From contig JAQWPZ010000208.1 of NCBI GenBank assembly GCA_029245125.1, positions 1,111 through 65,110 of the forward strand: a stretch of DNA of 64,000 nucleotides, read 5' to 3'. How positions within the stretch are numbered: the stretch's first letter is position 1; the number at the start of each line of letters is the position of its first letter. The notes under the pieces were generated by a model. That model saw only the letters and a program-made list of their open reading frames with translations, was not told where the DNA came from and made no database searches. A program made the position numbers and the translations under genes. This DNA is from Rubripirellula sp. (GTDB lineage: Bacteria > Planctomycetota > Planctomycetia > Pirellulales > Pirellulaceae). Below are positions 41,170 through 50,842 of this stretch, one piece after another.

Positions 41170-41820
41170 TCAGCCTGATGCGTCCAGAAATCGGATGGAA
41201 TCACAGAGCTCACGCACGGCCAGATTCAATTCATCTCCACGCTGGTGGTTAACCAGAATCATGATGAGACCACGAGTCTCTTGAGCGGATTCGACAGTCG
41301 AATTCCCTCGCGGTACCAAACGCCCCAAACGCCGAGGATCCAGATCGACCCAGGCAAGTGCAGGTTGACGCACCAAGTCACCATTTCCTGAAGCTTCATC
41401 AAGGTGAATGACCCTGCGCAATTTGAGCAAGACCCAGTCCATCTCGATGTACTTAAAAAACTCTTCCTCGGCGGCGTACCCTTTCGGTGGCCAATCCTCC
41501 AGCAGGTTTGCACGCAAGCTGACAATGGACTGCGATGCTGGATGCATCAGCGTTGCAGCCGTCACCCGCGTATCTTTTGTGACCGCAAGATAGATCCACC
41601 CTTCCGGCAACGCGATTTCGACGCCCAATGCCAGAAACTGATGCGTCGAGGCCAGATGACGCTCGATTTCCAACGCCGGCTCAGGGCTAAGCGTGCGAAC
41701 ACCATTGGCTTGCCGCACGTGAGAGACAATCCCGAGCAAAACCACAACGGCCATTCCGACCCACATCGGGGCGGTCAGTTCAAGTGGTTGTGAACGTGAA
41801 TGATTGTCAGTTTTTTTCAC
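41170..41820 (-). CDS. Hypothetical membrane-anchored protein
   Basis: GTG 41820 with GAGG upstream; hydrophobic segment MWVGMAVVVLLGIV; 28 nt downstream of the cyclase gene. Confidence 0.6.
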   Translation of the reverse strand: MKKTDNHSRSQPLELTAPMWVGMAVVVLLGIVSHVRQANGVRTLSPEPALEIERHLASTHQFLALGVEIALPEGWIYLAVTKDTRVTAATLMHPASQSIVSLRANLLEDWPPKGYAAEEEFFKYIEMDWVLLKLRRVIHLDEASGNGDLVRQPALAWVDLDPRRLGRLVPRGNSTVESAQETRGLIMILVNHQRGDELNLAVRELCDSIRFLDASG

Positions 41821-41848
41821 CCGATAAACCTCTTTAGGTTGCTGATCA

Positions 41849-43639
41849 CTACTTTGGCAACTCGATGACGCCGTTCCAATGATCTGGCGGCACACGATTG
41901 TTGCTCAACACGATTGACAACAACACATCTTTGGGGCGATCCCAGGCAGGCAATTCGTGGAGACGACGATAAGCTTCTTCCCAATCGCCGTCGATGAATG
42001 CTTCCAGACCCTCTTCGTATTGTTGAATTTGTTCATCCGTAATCCGCTGAGAGGATTCAGGCGAGCGAACCATCAATTCAAATACTTCCGCCGACTTATC
42101 GAATCCGGCGGGCCGGACATGTGCCAGTCGACGGACACGAAATCGATTCTCTGTTGCATTTTGAAGAGCCTCCGCTGTCGGCTTGTCAATGATCACTTCG
42201 GCTCCGAAAACTTTCGTCAGCCCTTCCAGCCGACTGGCAAGATTTACGACGGGCCCAAACGCAGTTACCTTCACTTGATCGACTGTGCCAATTCTCCCCG
42301 CCACGGCCCGCCCAGTCGCGATCCCGATTCCGAATCGAAAGCCGCTGTTATCTACGTCACGGAAAGCCTGTCCGTTATCAGCCAAGATTTGATTCGCAGC
42401 CTCCGCAGACCGCAAAGGGGCATCAGGCTGTTCAAGCGGCCAGCCCCAAAACCCCATTGCTGCATCACCATGAAAATCGCCAATCACTCCACCATTGTCC
42501 AAGATGTGGCGGGTCATCACACCCAAGGAGTCACTGACACTCGCCAACAAGGACAGTAAATCGTTTGCCCGCCGCTCGCTTCGTTGGGAGAAGCTTCGCA
42601 AGTCACAAAACATGACGGACAGATTAGCTTCCCGAGGTGCGAGCACCTCATCGGTATCTTTTCCGGCAAGCGCTTCCATCACGACGGGCGCGAAAAAATG
42701 CCGCATGGCTGCTTGGCGGCGTTCGAGTCGACGACTCTGCCTCAGGTTGGCAAGCGTGGTCCCAACCAACTCAGCAAACTTAACATCATCTTGCAAATCA
42801 TCAGGAGCAGCCTCCAACGACTGCTCCAGATCGACACCAGCCTCCACGGTCAGTGGCCCAGTCACGTAAAGCCCCCACCCACGACAAGCCTCACTCCTCA
42901 AAGGGACACAAAATGCCCAATCAACTTCATCGCTGGCGGTAAAGGCAGCATCATCTCGATTACCAGCCCACAGATGCAGCACACTCTCTCGCTTATCGAT
43001 CGCACTCCGCGCTAAGCCAGCGCTAACAGGTGCGCCTTCGCGCCCCCCGACGCGACTGTCGTAGTGCAAAACTTCTAGCGCACCGGAATCGCAGTCATCC
43101 GCGCTAACCGCAACAATTGCCACTGCGGAAGCCGACGGAATCGCTTGCAGCATGACGCGAATCACCCGCACGAGCAACTCTTCATCGCTGCCACTGTTGG
43201 TAATCAAATCGGGCAATCGGCTGAGCACTTCGATTCTCGATGCCGCATCTCGAAAGTGTCGGCGGCGAAGTGCCGCATGGTCATAGGCGTGTTCAGTGAC
43301 GTCAACTAGATCTGACGAATCCGACGCACCAGGCCGATTGGCCAAGGTAAAGGTGGTGCTGCCGATTACAAAATGATCACCAGGCACCAGAGTGAATTGC
43401 CCAGCACGGCCACCGCAATGAAAAACAGGATTACGAGCGGCCTTCAAACGCCTCACTTGCACGCGTCCGTTGCCCAGAGGTTTTAAACCCACATGAGCCC
43501 GAGACACCTTCGTATCCCAGGGGACATTCCAATCTGCTTCAGAACGGCCGATCACGATTTCACGGCTGGTCAGCGCTGACGGCACTTCGCGGCGCCATCG
43601 ATCTTCGCTTGTTGGTCCTTGTGCGATCAAGTCAGGCAT
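41849..43639 (-). CDS. FHA-GAF-class III nucleotidyl cyclase (adenylate/guanylate cyclase family)
   Basis: FHA (IVIGRSE...VSRAH...RNP); GAF-like middle; cyclase motifs MFCDLRSFS, GDFHGD, GIGIATG and VNLASRLE; W-x-G-x4-K-like tail. Confidence 0.92.
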   Translation of the reverse strand: MPDLIAQGPTSEDRWRREVPSALTSREIVIGRSEADWNVPWDTKVSRAHVGLKPLGNGRVQVRRLKAARNPVFHCGGRAGQFTLVPGDHFVIGSTTFTLANRPGASDSSDLVDVTEHAYDHAALRRRHFRDAASRIEVLSRLPDLITNSGSDEELLVRVIRVMLQAIPSASAVAIVAVSADDCDSGALEVLHYDSRVGGREGAPVSAGLARSAIDKRESVLHLWAGNRDDAAFTASDEVDWAFCVPLRSEACRGWGLYVTGPLTVEAGVDLEQSLEAAPDDLQDDVKFAELVGTTLANLRQSRRLERRQAAMRHFFAPVVMEALAGKDTDEVLAPREANLSVMFCDLRSFSQRSERRANDLLSLLASVSDSLGVMTRHILDNGGVIGDFHGDAAMGFWGWPLEQPDAPLRSAEAANQILADNGQAFRDVDNSGFRFGIGIATGRAVAGRIGTVDQVKVTAFGPVVNLASRLEGLTKVFGAEVIIDKPTAEALQNATENRFRVRRLAHVRPAGFDKSAEVFELMVRSPESSQRITDEQIQQYEEGLEAFIDGDWEEAYRRLHELPAWDRPKDVLLSIVLSNNRVPPDHWNGVIELPK

Positions 43640-43737
43640 AATGTCGTTTTGGTCCCGCCGTTGGAATCATTGAATACTCCTCAGGCACTGACTCTTTGGT
43701 ACAGAATTTAAGAGATCGATAATTGCCACGATCGAAG

Positions 43738-44991
43738 TTACCGCTCCTCGACTGCCGCGGCAGCGGCCCCCGCGGCACGCCCAGTACTAAAAGCTGCCTG
43801 AAAGTTATACCCGCCAATTGGACCATCCACATCCAGTACCTCACCTGCGATAAACAAACCATCCGCAAGGCGGCTCCGCATCGTCTTCGGTTCGACTTCA
43901 CTCAGTTTAACACCCCCCGCGGTCACCTCAGCCTTGGGAAATCCTCGCGTGCCATGAATGTCCAGCGGTAGTTGCTTGATCCGCTGGACGAGTTCATTTC
44001 GGGACGACCGTGACATTTGCGATGCCGATGAATTCGCTTGCAAGCTCGGGTCCAAGCCAACCAACGCAGTCGCTAATCGTTGAGGCAGCCATTCAGTAAG
44101 CAACGAAGCGATTTGCTGTCGCCCACGGCCTCCTTTGCGATCGGATAGCACTTGTTGTATTTCGTCCCTCGTCAAGCCAGGAACCAAATCAACACAGAGT
44201 TGGATTTGATCGAGTGACTCGGCAGCGGTGACCGCATGGCTGATATCCATCGCGGCGGGTCCAGAAAACCCAACGTGCGTGAACAACCACGAAGAACGTC
44301 TCGATGCCAAAACAGCAGATTTGCCAGCCTTGTTACGAGCATGCACCTCGGCCACGCAATCTTCGAGGGTCAGGCCGGACAACTCATGTGTCCAATGGCT
44401 ACCCCCCGTCAATGGAACAAGCGCCGGCCGCGGCGAGACGATCGTATGGCCAAGTTTTTTCAGCCATGGGTAAGCGTCACCCGTCGTACCACATCCCGGA
44501 TAACTCATTCCACCTGCAGTAACGATCACACGATCACACGCGATCTCGTCTTGATTCAATTGCACGCGCCATCCGTGCTCGGATTGGCTAACACCAAGCA
44601 CTGGCTGTCCGATTCGTATCTTGACACCCGCTTCAATGGCGATCGCAACCAAGGCATCACGGGCGTGCAAGGCTCGATCACTGGCTGGAAAAACCTTACC
44701 CGTTGATTCCACCTTTGTGGGCACATTTGCGTGACGAAACATCGCCACCACATCGGTTGGCGAAAACGCCCCGACACTTGGTTGCAAAAATCGCTGTGCA
44801 TGTCGGAAATGCTTCGTGATCCCTTTCGCGTCGGTGTCATGCGTGAGATTGCACCGAGTCCCACCTGACATCAAGATTTTGACGCCAACTTTGTTATTCT
44901 TCTCCAACAACTGAACATCCGCATGCCGACGCGCAGCCTCTGCCGCTGCCACCAGCCCCGCCGCTCCTGCTCCAATCACGACAACTCGCAT
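43738..44991 (-). CDS. HI0933/BaiN family NAD(P)/FAD-dependent oxidoreductase
   Basis: IGAGAAG, KILMSGGTRCNLT, GKVFP, LFTHVGFSGP, VTAGGV, GEVLDVDGPIGGYNFQAAFSTG. Confidence 0.94.
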   Translation of the reverse strand: MRVVVIGAGAAGLVAAAEAARRHADVQLLEKNNKVGVKILMSGGTRCNLTHDTDAKGITKHFRHAQRFLQPSVGAFSPTDVVAMFRHANVPTKVESTGKVFPASDRALHARDALVAIAIEAGVKIRIGQPVLGVSQSEHGWRVQLNQDEIACDRVIVTAGGMSYPGCGTTGDAYPWLKKLGHTIVSPRPALVPLTGGSHWTHELSGLTLEDCVAEVHARNKAGKSAVLASRRSSWLFTHVGFSGPAAMDISHAVTAAESLDQIQLCVDLVPGLTRDEIQQVLSDRKGGRGRQQIASLLTEWLPQRLATALVGLDPSLQANSSASQMSRSSRNELVQRIKQLPLDIHGTRGFPKAEVTAGGVKLSEVEPKTMRSRLADGLFIAGEVLDVDGPIGGYNFQAAFSTGRAAGAAAAAVEER

Positions 44992-45087
44992 TTCAATCGC
45001 GCTCTCTTTGAAAGCAGATGCCAATCATCTGCACGGTCACATGCATCGTTCGCATGCCTTGGTTTGTCATCACTGAAATCTGATTCA

Positions 45088-45276
45088 TCAGTTCACTCGA
45101 GCAACCTGAATACATTTTTCAATCCTGCTGGTCACCAGCAAATCAACCTTCATTTCTCCATACGACATTCGCTTTGCTGCCTTGCCTTCAAAGACGTCTC
45201 GCATACGACCAAAAAATCGACCATATCGATTCGTGCGGCGAAATTCTCTTGTTGCGAATCCGACACGCTGATCCAC
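45088..45276 (-). CDS. Possible small basic protein (62 aa)
   Basis: AAGGA five nt before GTG 45276; MDQRVGFATREFRRTNRYGRFFGRMRDVFEGK...; no family recognised. Confidence 0.3.
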   Translation of the reverse strand: MDQRVGFATREFRRTNRYGRFFGRMRDVFEGKAAKRMSYGEMKVDLLVTSRIEKCIQVARVN

Positions 45277-45524
45277 TTTTATCCTTCGCAAAGCTGAACT
45301 CCGATGCTCGCTTAGGAAGCATGGTAGCTGATCGCCGTGACAACCCACATGCGTGGAGCAAGCACTTTGAAAAACCATCACAATGGACATTCAATCGATA
45401 GGCTGGGCTGCAAACACTTAGCTACCCCTCGAAATCGACCGCTTACCCGACCCGCATCCGATTCACCACATTTTGAACGCTGCCCCATTCAGAAAATCCC
45501 GTCAAGTCACACACCGCGGATTGC

Positions 45525-45560
45525 GATTCACAGGGGAAGCCAGATTCACAAGGGAAGCCA
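45525..45560. repeat. 18-bp tandem duplication (GATTCACAGGGGAAGCCA, one mismatch)
   Basis: Direct reading; downstream of treZ. Confidence 0.8.
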
Positions 45561-45604
45561 GCACACCGCCGTCCTTCGATTCAGCAGCAACCTGTGCATC
45601 GAAA

Positions 45605-47479
45605 TCAGGCACTCGCTGAATCGCTTGCAAACACCTTGGCATGGTTCGGCAAGATCATTCTGCAATCGGCAACTCCTTCTTTAGAGTCCAAAATAAGATC
45701 GCCTTGAATCTCCATTGGCACTGGCTCCATTGGCACTGGCTCCATCTTTCCAGCGGACTCCGGAACCAATCTCGCAACAATCGTCGCTGACTGGCCACCC
45801 ATCGCATAATCGAGGCGATACAGCCCTTTATCAAGGTCGCAGTGAACGGAAAGATTCGCATCACAAATCAACCCAGACTCCTTCCACTGCTTACGGATTG
45901 CGATTAGCGAGCGGTACCACTGCCACATCCTCTGGTCACCTGCCTGCCGCAATCCAATCTTTGAACGATGGAATGCCTCCGCGTCGATCGGCAGCACACC
46001 CTCGCCCCAGTCGTGCTGCGGGTATTCAGCTTTCCGGCCTCGCACCACGGATTCGCGGAGGTGTGAGTCACCAAAATCAACAAAGAATGGGAAAGGATTT
46101 TCGGCAGCAAATTCCTCGCCCATGAACAACATCGGAATCGCGGGCGTCATCAACAATAATGCAGCGCATGCCCGTTGTGTTTCCGAACAAGCCACTTGGT
46201 GCAAGCGTTGACCAAGTGGATGATTGCCCACGAAGTCATGCGTTTGAATGGAGTAGATCAATTGGCTCGTGTCAGCTCGCTCGCAAAGTTGCTGCCGAGC
46301 TCGCTTTTGAAACAGCGATCCTTCGTAGACATAACCAAATCGCAGAGTCTGCAAGAGGTCTGTCCCGGGCAAATACTCACGTGCACACAACCTTTCACCG
46401 GGTCGCACCACCGCGAATATGCTGTGCAAGAAATCGTCACACCATTCAGCGTCAAACCCAAAGCCACTCTGCTCTATAGGGCGAATCATCTGCGAATCAT
46501 GAACATTCGATTCCGCGATCAAGCTGACATTTCGATTTCGATGTTTCGACCATTCATCGACAACGCGACCAAGGTCTTCGACGATATGAGGTGATCGGGT
46601 ATCGCCCATGCAATGGACTGCATCGACACGCAACCCATCAAAGTGGAATTCATCCAACCAGTACAAAGCATTTGCTAAAAAGAACTGCCGCAAACCTTCT
46701 GCGTGTTGTGGACCATCGAAATTGGGAGCGGCCCCCCAAACAGTTTGGTGTTGTTCAGATAAATAAGGCCCGATCTCAGCGAGGTAGTTACCTTCAGGCC
46801 CAAGGTGGTTGTAAACCACATCCAGAAATACAGCCAATCCCCTGGCATGAGCTGCATCAACGAAGCGTCGAACGTCATCAGGCACACCATAATTGTGGTT
46901 TGGCGCAAACAAGTTGACGCCATCGTATCCCCAATTCCATCGTCCAGCCGCGTCGGCAAGAGGCATCAACTCGACTGCTGTTACTCCGAGCTCGACGAGT
47001 TCATCCAATCGTTCAATGGCAGCAAGCATCGTCCCTGCGGCGGTCCAAGACCCGATATGAAGCTCGTATATAATCCAGTCTTGACGATTAACCCCCTGCC
47101 AATCGTGATCGGTCCACCGAAAGTCATCCCCCACAACTTCACTTGGACCATGAACACCCTTGGGCTGAAACCTCGAAGCCGGATCAGGACGTGGCGGGTG
47201 ATCATCAACTTGGATCCAATATCGATCACCCGGACCAATCCCCTCGGCGATCACGGTGTGATATCCAAGTGGGTCGGGAACCATTGAAAAGTCCAGACCT
47301 CCGACAACACAAACACGAACTTGATCTGCAGTCGGTGCCCAAACGCAAAACTCAGTACGGCCGTCACGTCGTGGTCTTGCCCCCAGCCGGCAGTGTAATT
47401 CCAGTTGGCCGTTCATATCGGGATCAATCATCGTTGGTACAATCGTGGGGTAGGTGCATGGTTGGTGATCCATGCACAA
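45605..47479 (-). CDS. treZ: Malto-oligosyltrehalose trehalohydrolase (GH13)
   Basis: FCVWAP, PDPASRFQPKGVHGPS, IYELHIG, WGYDGV, DVVYNHLGPEGNYL, GLRVDAVH, QTHDFVGN, PMLFMGEE, FPFFVDF. The start may be some 16 codons downstream. Confidence 0.9.
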   Translation of the reverse strand: MCMDHQPCTYPTIVPTMIDPDMNGQLELHCRLGARPRRDGRTEFCVWAPTADQVRVCVVGGLDFSMVPDPLGYHTVIAEGIGPGDRYWIQVDDHPPRPDPASRFQPKGVHGPSEVVGDDFRWTDHDWQGVNRQDWIIYELHIGSWTAAGTMLAAIERLDELVELGVTAVELMPLADAAGRWNWGYDGVNLFAPNHNYGVPDDVRRFVDAAHARGLAVFLDVVYNHLGPEGNYLAEIGPYLSEQHQTVWGAAPNFDGPQHAEGLRQFFLANALYWLDEFHFDGLRVDAVHCMGDTRSPHIVEDLGRVVDEWSKHRNRNVSLIAESNVHDSQMIRPIEQSGFGFDAEWCDDFLHSIFAVVRPGERLCAREYLPGTDLLQTLRFGYVYEGSLFQKRARQQLCERADTSQLIYSIQTHDFVGNHPLGQRLHQVACSETQRACAALLLMTPAIPMLFMGEEFAAENPFPFFVDFGDSHLRESVVRGRKAEYPQHDWGEGVLPIDAEAFHRSKIGLRQAGDQRMWQWYRSLIAIRKQWKESGLICDANLSVHCDLDKGLYRLDYAMGGQSATIVARLVPESAGKMEPVPMEPVPMEIQGDLILDSKEGVADCRMILPNHAKVFASDSASA

Positions 47480-47552
47480 CCTTTGACATTCTGTTCCGCC
47501 GTGGCAATCCCTAATGTTCGATGTAGCCTCCGTTTCTTACTTTCGATCGGTG

Positions 47553-48683
47553 ATGGCTCGGGGCTCAGCCATAGTACTCGCTGTCGTGATAGCGGGCATT
47601 GGGCAGGCAGCCGAGCGTTCCATTCGAGTCGCCACATTCAATGCTTCGCTGTACGGCAAAACAGAGGGCCAAATCATGGAGCGGCTAGCAGACCGCTCCG
47701 ATCGCCAAGCAAAGAACATCGCCTCGATTGTGCAACATATCCGGCCTGATATTTTGCTGATCAATGAGATTGATTACGACCCACAAGGCGACGTGGCTCA
47801 ACTTCTCGCCACCAACTTCTTCGCAGTGGGACAGGACGGTCAGAAACCGATCGTCTACCCATACATTTTCGCAGTATCTAGCAACACTGGCATCGACAGT
47901 GGCATGGACTTAAACGGGAACGAAAAAAAGGATGAACCGGTCGATGCCTATGGTTATGGCACCTACCCCGGCCAGTACGCGATGGCCATCTTCAGCCGAT
48001 TCCCAATCAAGCGTGAAGCGATTCGCTCATTTCAACGGTTTCTTTGGAAAGATCTTCCCAACGCATTGTTTCCAACACACCCTGATACTGGCAAACCATA
48101 CTACAGCGATAAAGTCTGGAATCGCTTGCGACTATCCAGCAAGAATCATGTTGATGTTCCGGTTTCAATCGATGGCCAGACTCTTCACCTTTTGGCTTGC
48201 CATCCAACGCCACCAGTTTTTGATGGCATCGAAGATCACAATGGATGCCGCAATCACGATGAAATTCGTTTCTGGAGTGATTATTTACAATCTGCTCCCG
48301 CTGATTACTTGGTCGACGACGCGGGGAATTCCGGAGGCCTTGGCAAAGGGGAGTCGTTTGTAATCTTGGGAGACCTTAATTCTGATCCCACCTCTGGTGA
48401 CAGTCGTCAAGAAGCCATTCGCAACTTGCTGCTTGCCCAGCGTGTCCAAGATCCGCGTCCACAACGCATGCAGGAGGCACCACCGGCTGACCAGCAGGAT
48501 TCTAAAACCGCGTTTCACACAGCGGATTTCGGCCGCAAACGCACGATGCGGGTGGATTACGTACTACCTAGCCGAGACTTGCCCATTCGCGACAGCGGTG
48601 TTTTCTGGCCTGACAAATCAGATCGAAGACTCAAGGCGAGTGATCATCGCATGGTTTGGGTTGAGGTGAGGATACCTCAATGA
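47553..48683 (+). CDS. Secreted endonuclease/exonuclease/phosphatase family protein (intact active site)
   Basis: Signal peptide; ATFNASL, LINEIDY, RLSSKNHVD, HPTPPVFDG, GDLNSDP, RVDYVLPS, SDHRMVW. Confidence 0.9.
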   Translation: MARGSAIVLAVVIAGIGQAAERSIRVATFNASLYGKTEGQIMERLADRSDRQAKNIASIVQHIRPDILLINEIDYDPQGDVAQLLATNFFAVGQDGQKPIVYPYIFAVSSNTGIDSGMDLNGNEKKDEPVDAYGYGTYPGQYAMAIFSRFPIKREAIRSFQRFLWKDLPNALFPTHPDTGKPYYSDKVWNRLRLSSKNHVDVPVSIDGQTLHLLACHPTPPVFDGIEDHNGCRNHDEIRFWSDYLQSAPADYLVDDAGNSGGLGKGESFVILGDLNSDPTSGDSRQEAIRNLLLAQRVQDPRPQRMQEAPPADQQDSKTAFHTADFGRKRTMRVDYVLPSRDLPIRDSGVFWPDKSDRRLKASDHRMVWVEVRIPQ

Positions 48684-49822
48684 CCTGCCGAGTGATGCTG
48701 ATGGTCAGTTCGATGCGGGGTGGTGGCAGTGAGCGTCAAACCCTGCTTTTGCTGCAAAAGATCGATCGCGATAAGCTGACGCCCCATCTTTACCTAATCG
48801 ATCGGGACGGCGATCTACTGGACCAAGTGCCCAATGATGTCCCCATTCACAGCTTCGACGAAGTCTCGCGCGGCGGTGAACTTTACTTTCCAGGACGCAG
48901 GCTTCGTCAGCAGACAAACCACGTCGGCAAGGTGATTGACGAACAGGCAATCGATGTTGTCTACGACCGAACCTTTCATATGACAATGGTTGCCGGTCCG
49001 GCTTGCATGGCTAGGAACATCCCGCGAGTTTCAACGATCGTCAGCCCTCCCGATCATGCGCTGCCGTTGGTTGAGAGCCGCTTTGTCGGCCTGAAACGTC
49101 GGCGTTTGGCGAAGGCTTACCGTCAGTCACGATCCGTGATTGCCGTTAGTCAGCAAGCAGCCGATTCAGCGGAGCATTACTACGGGCTGCCGACAGGTCG
49201 AGTACAAGTCTTCCCCAACCCGGTCGATGCCGAAGCGACTCGACAACAGGCAAGTCTCTCGCAGGTCTCGCGGGACGAGCGACTAACAATCGTTTGCGTC
49301 GGCCGCATGACACCCGAAAAAGGCCACATCGATTTGATCCGTGGGCTTCACCTCTGCGAGCAGAATTGGCCGGACAACTTGCCGGCAATTCGAATTTGGC
49401 TGGTGGGTGATGGGCCGCTTCGCGGTGAACTTCAGACTTTCTGGCAGCAACACTCACGTGGAATCCACACGCTTGATTTCCTCGGGGCTCGAAACGCGGC
49501 TCCTTATATTCAATCGGCCGACGCACTGTTATTGCCTTCATTATTCGAGGGAATGCCCAACGTCGTCCTCGAAGCAATGGCATTGAAAACCCCTGTGATC
49601 GCGACACGCGCGGGCGGGACCATCGAACTTGAACGCAGCGAGCCAACCATTCAATGGCTCGAACCTGGCAATCCAAACTCAGTCGCAAATTCGATTCGGG
49701 AGTTCGCCCTCGATCGCCACTCCGCGAACCAACGCGTGACTGCAGCTTTCCGTCTCATCCAGCAGTCACATGATGTCGGGCAGCTTACACGGAAGGTCGA
49801 GGCGACGTTGCTGCAAGTGTGA
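48680..49822 (+). CDS. Glycosyltransferase family 4 (GT-B)
   Basis: GGGSERQ, VGRMTPEKG, PSLFEGMPNVVLEAMA; ATGA overlap with the upstream gene. Confidence 0.92.
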   Translation: MTCRVMLMVSSMRGGGSERQTLLLLQKIDRDKLTPHLYLIDRDGDLLDQVPNDVPIHSFDEVSRGGELYFPGRRLRQQTNHVGKVIDEQAIDVVYDRTFHMTMVAGPACMARNIPRVSTIVSPPDHALPLVESRFVGLKRRRLAKAYRQSRSVIAVSQQAADSAEHYYGLPTGRVQVFPNPVDAEATRQQASLSQVSRDERLTIVCVGRMTPEKGHIDLIRGLHLCEQNWPDNLPAIRIWLVGDGPLRGELQTFWQQHSRGIHTLDFLGARNAAPYIQSADALLLPSLFEGMPNVVLEAMALKTPVIATRAGGTIELERSEPTIQWLEPGNPNSVANSIREFALDRHSANQRVTAAFRLIQQSHDVGQLTRKVEATLLQV

Positions 49823-49842
49823 TCAACGGCAAATCGCGGTTG

Positions 49843-50691
49843 CTAATTTTTCGCCAATTGCTCCACGTAGGGCATCACATCCTCTTGGTAGCTGAACCCC
49901 GCATCAGGGCCCGCATCGACGAAGGACTTCACCAAGGCTCCGTTCTCGTCATAAATCAGAACAGCAGGAATCGAGATCAGCTTCGTTGCGGCAAAAACGT
50001 CATCACTCGGAGTTTCACTGATGAAGACTGGAAAACCGCTCGCTTGAACACTATCTAGAAATGCGATCACGCGTTCTTCGTAATAGTTTGGTGGTCGGCT
50101 TTTACGACCGTCGTAGTCCAAGTCGACCGCCATGCAACGGACCTTCGATCCATAGGTTTTGTGCAACTGCACCAAGCCCGGAAACTCTTTCAAGCACGGC
50201 TCGCATGTCAGTGACCACAGATCGACCACTGTCACTTTTCCATTCGCTGCAACCTCTTTCTGAATCGCTTCCCAGGTTGCGTATTGAATCGACGGTTTCG
50301 CGGTCGATTCACTGGAACTACTTTCCGGGATCTCCACGTTGGCCGGCATTTCAATGCCTCCCCCGCCACCATTTGATTCTTGGCTGTCTGATTCTTCGCG
50401 TTCGGGCAAGGCATCTCCAACTGGCAGTTCGAGCCCCCCACTGCCGGACGGCAATTGGACCTCATCACCCCCCGTAGGGAGTTCAATTCCTCCCGGTGCG
50501 TCTGTAGCTTCCGCCTCGATGACTCCACCTGCTGGCTCCGCAGGACCCGGTGGTGAAACGGTGATCGCTTCCGGGGAATCGGCTTCCCCGCATCCGACGG
50601 TAACCAGCATCCAACCGAAAAGGCATGAAACGACCAGGATGCGTGCCGATTGAGATTGAAATGCCGAGAAGTTTAAAAAATTGTTCATCAA
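49843..50691 (-). CDS. TlpA-family thioredoxin-like lipoprotein
   Basis: Lipobox-like LVTVGC; acidic low-complexity linker; VVDLWSLTCEPCLKEFP (CxxC); IPAVLIYD. Confidence 0.88.
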   Translation of the reverse strand: MMNNFLNFSAFQSQSARILVVSCLFGWMLVTVGCGEADSPEAITVSPPGPAEPAGGVIEAEATDAPGGIELPTGGDEVQLPSGSGGLELPVGDALPEREESDSQESNGGGGGIEMPANVEIPESSSSESTAKPSIQYATWEAIQKEVAANGKVTVVDLWSLTCEPCLKEFPGLVQLHKTYGSKVRCMAVDLDYDGRKSRPPNYYEERVIAFLDSVQASGFPVFISETPSDDVFAATKLISIPAVLIYDENGALVKSFVDAGPDAGFSYQEDVMPYVEQLAKN

Positions 50692-50842
50692 TCCTTCCTG
50701 AGTTTACTGGAGTTTTTGGTGATCCAACTATCTCCAATCGGCTAGATTGTAGCGAGTGACGAGCGTGGCCATACAATGCCAAACCGCTGCTCTCTACTTC
50801 TTTTCTCCAGCTCTCAAGGTACTCGCACCGGTGGATGGCGAC

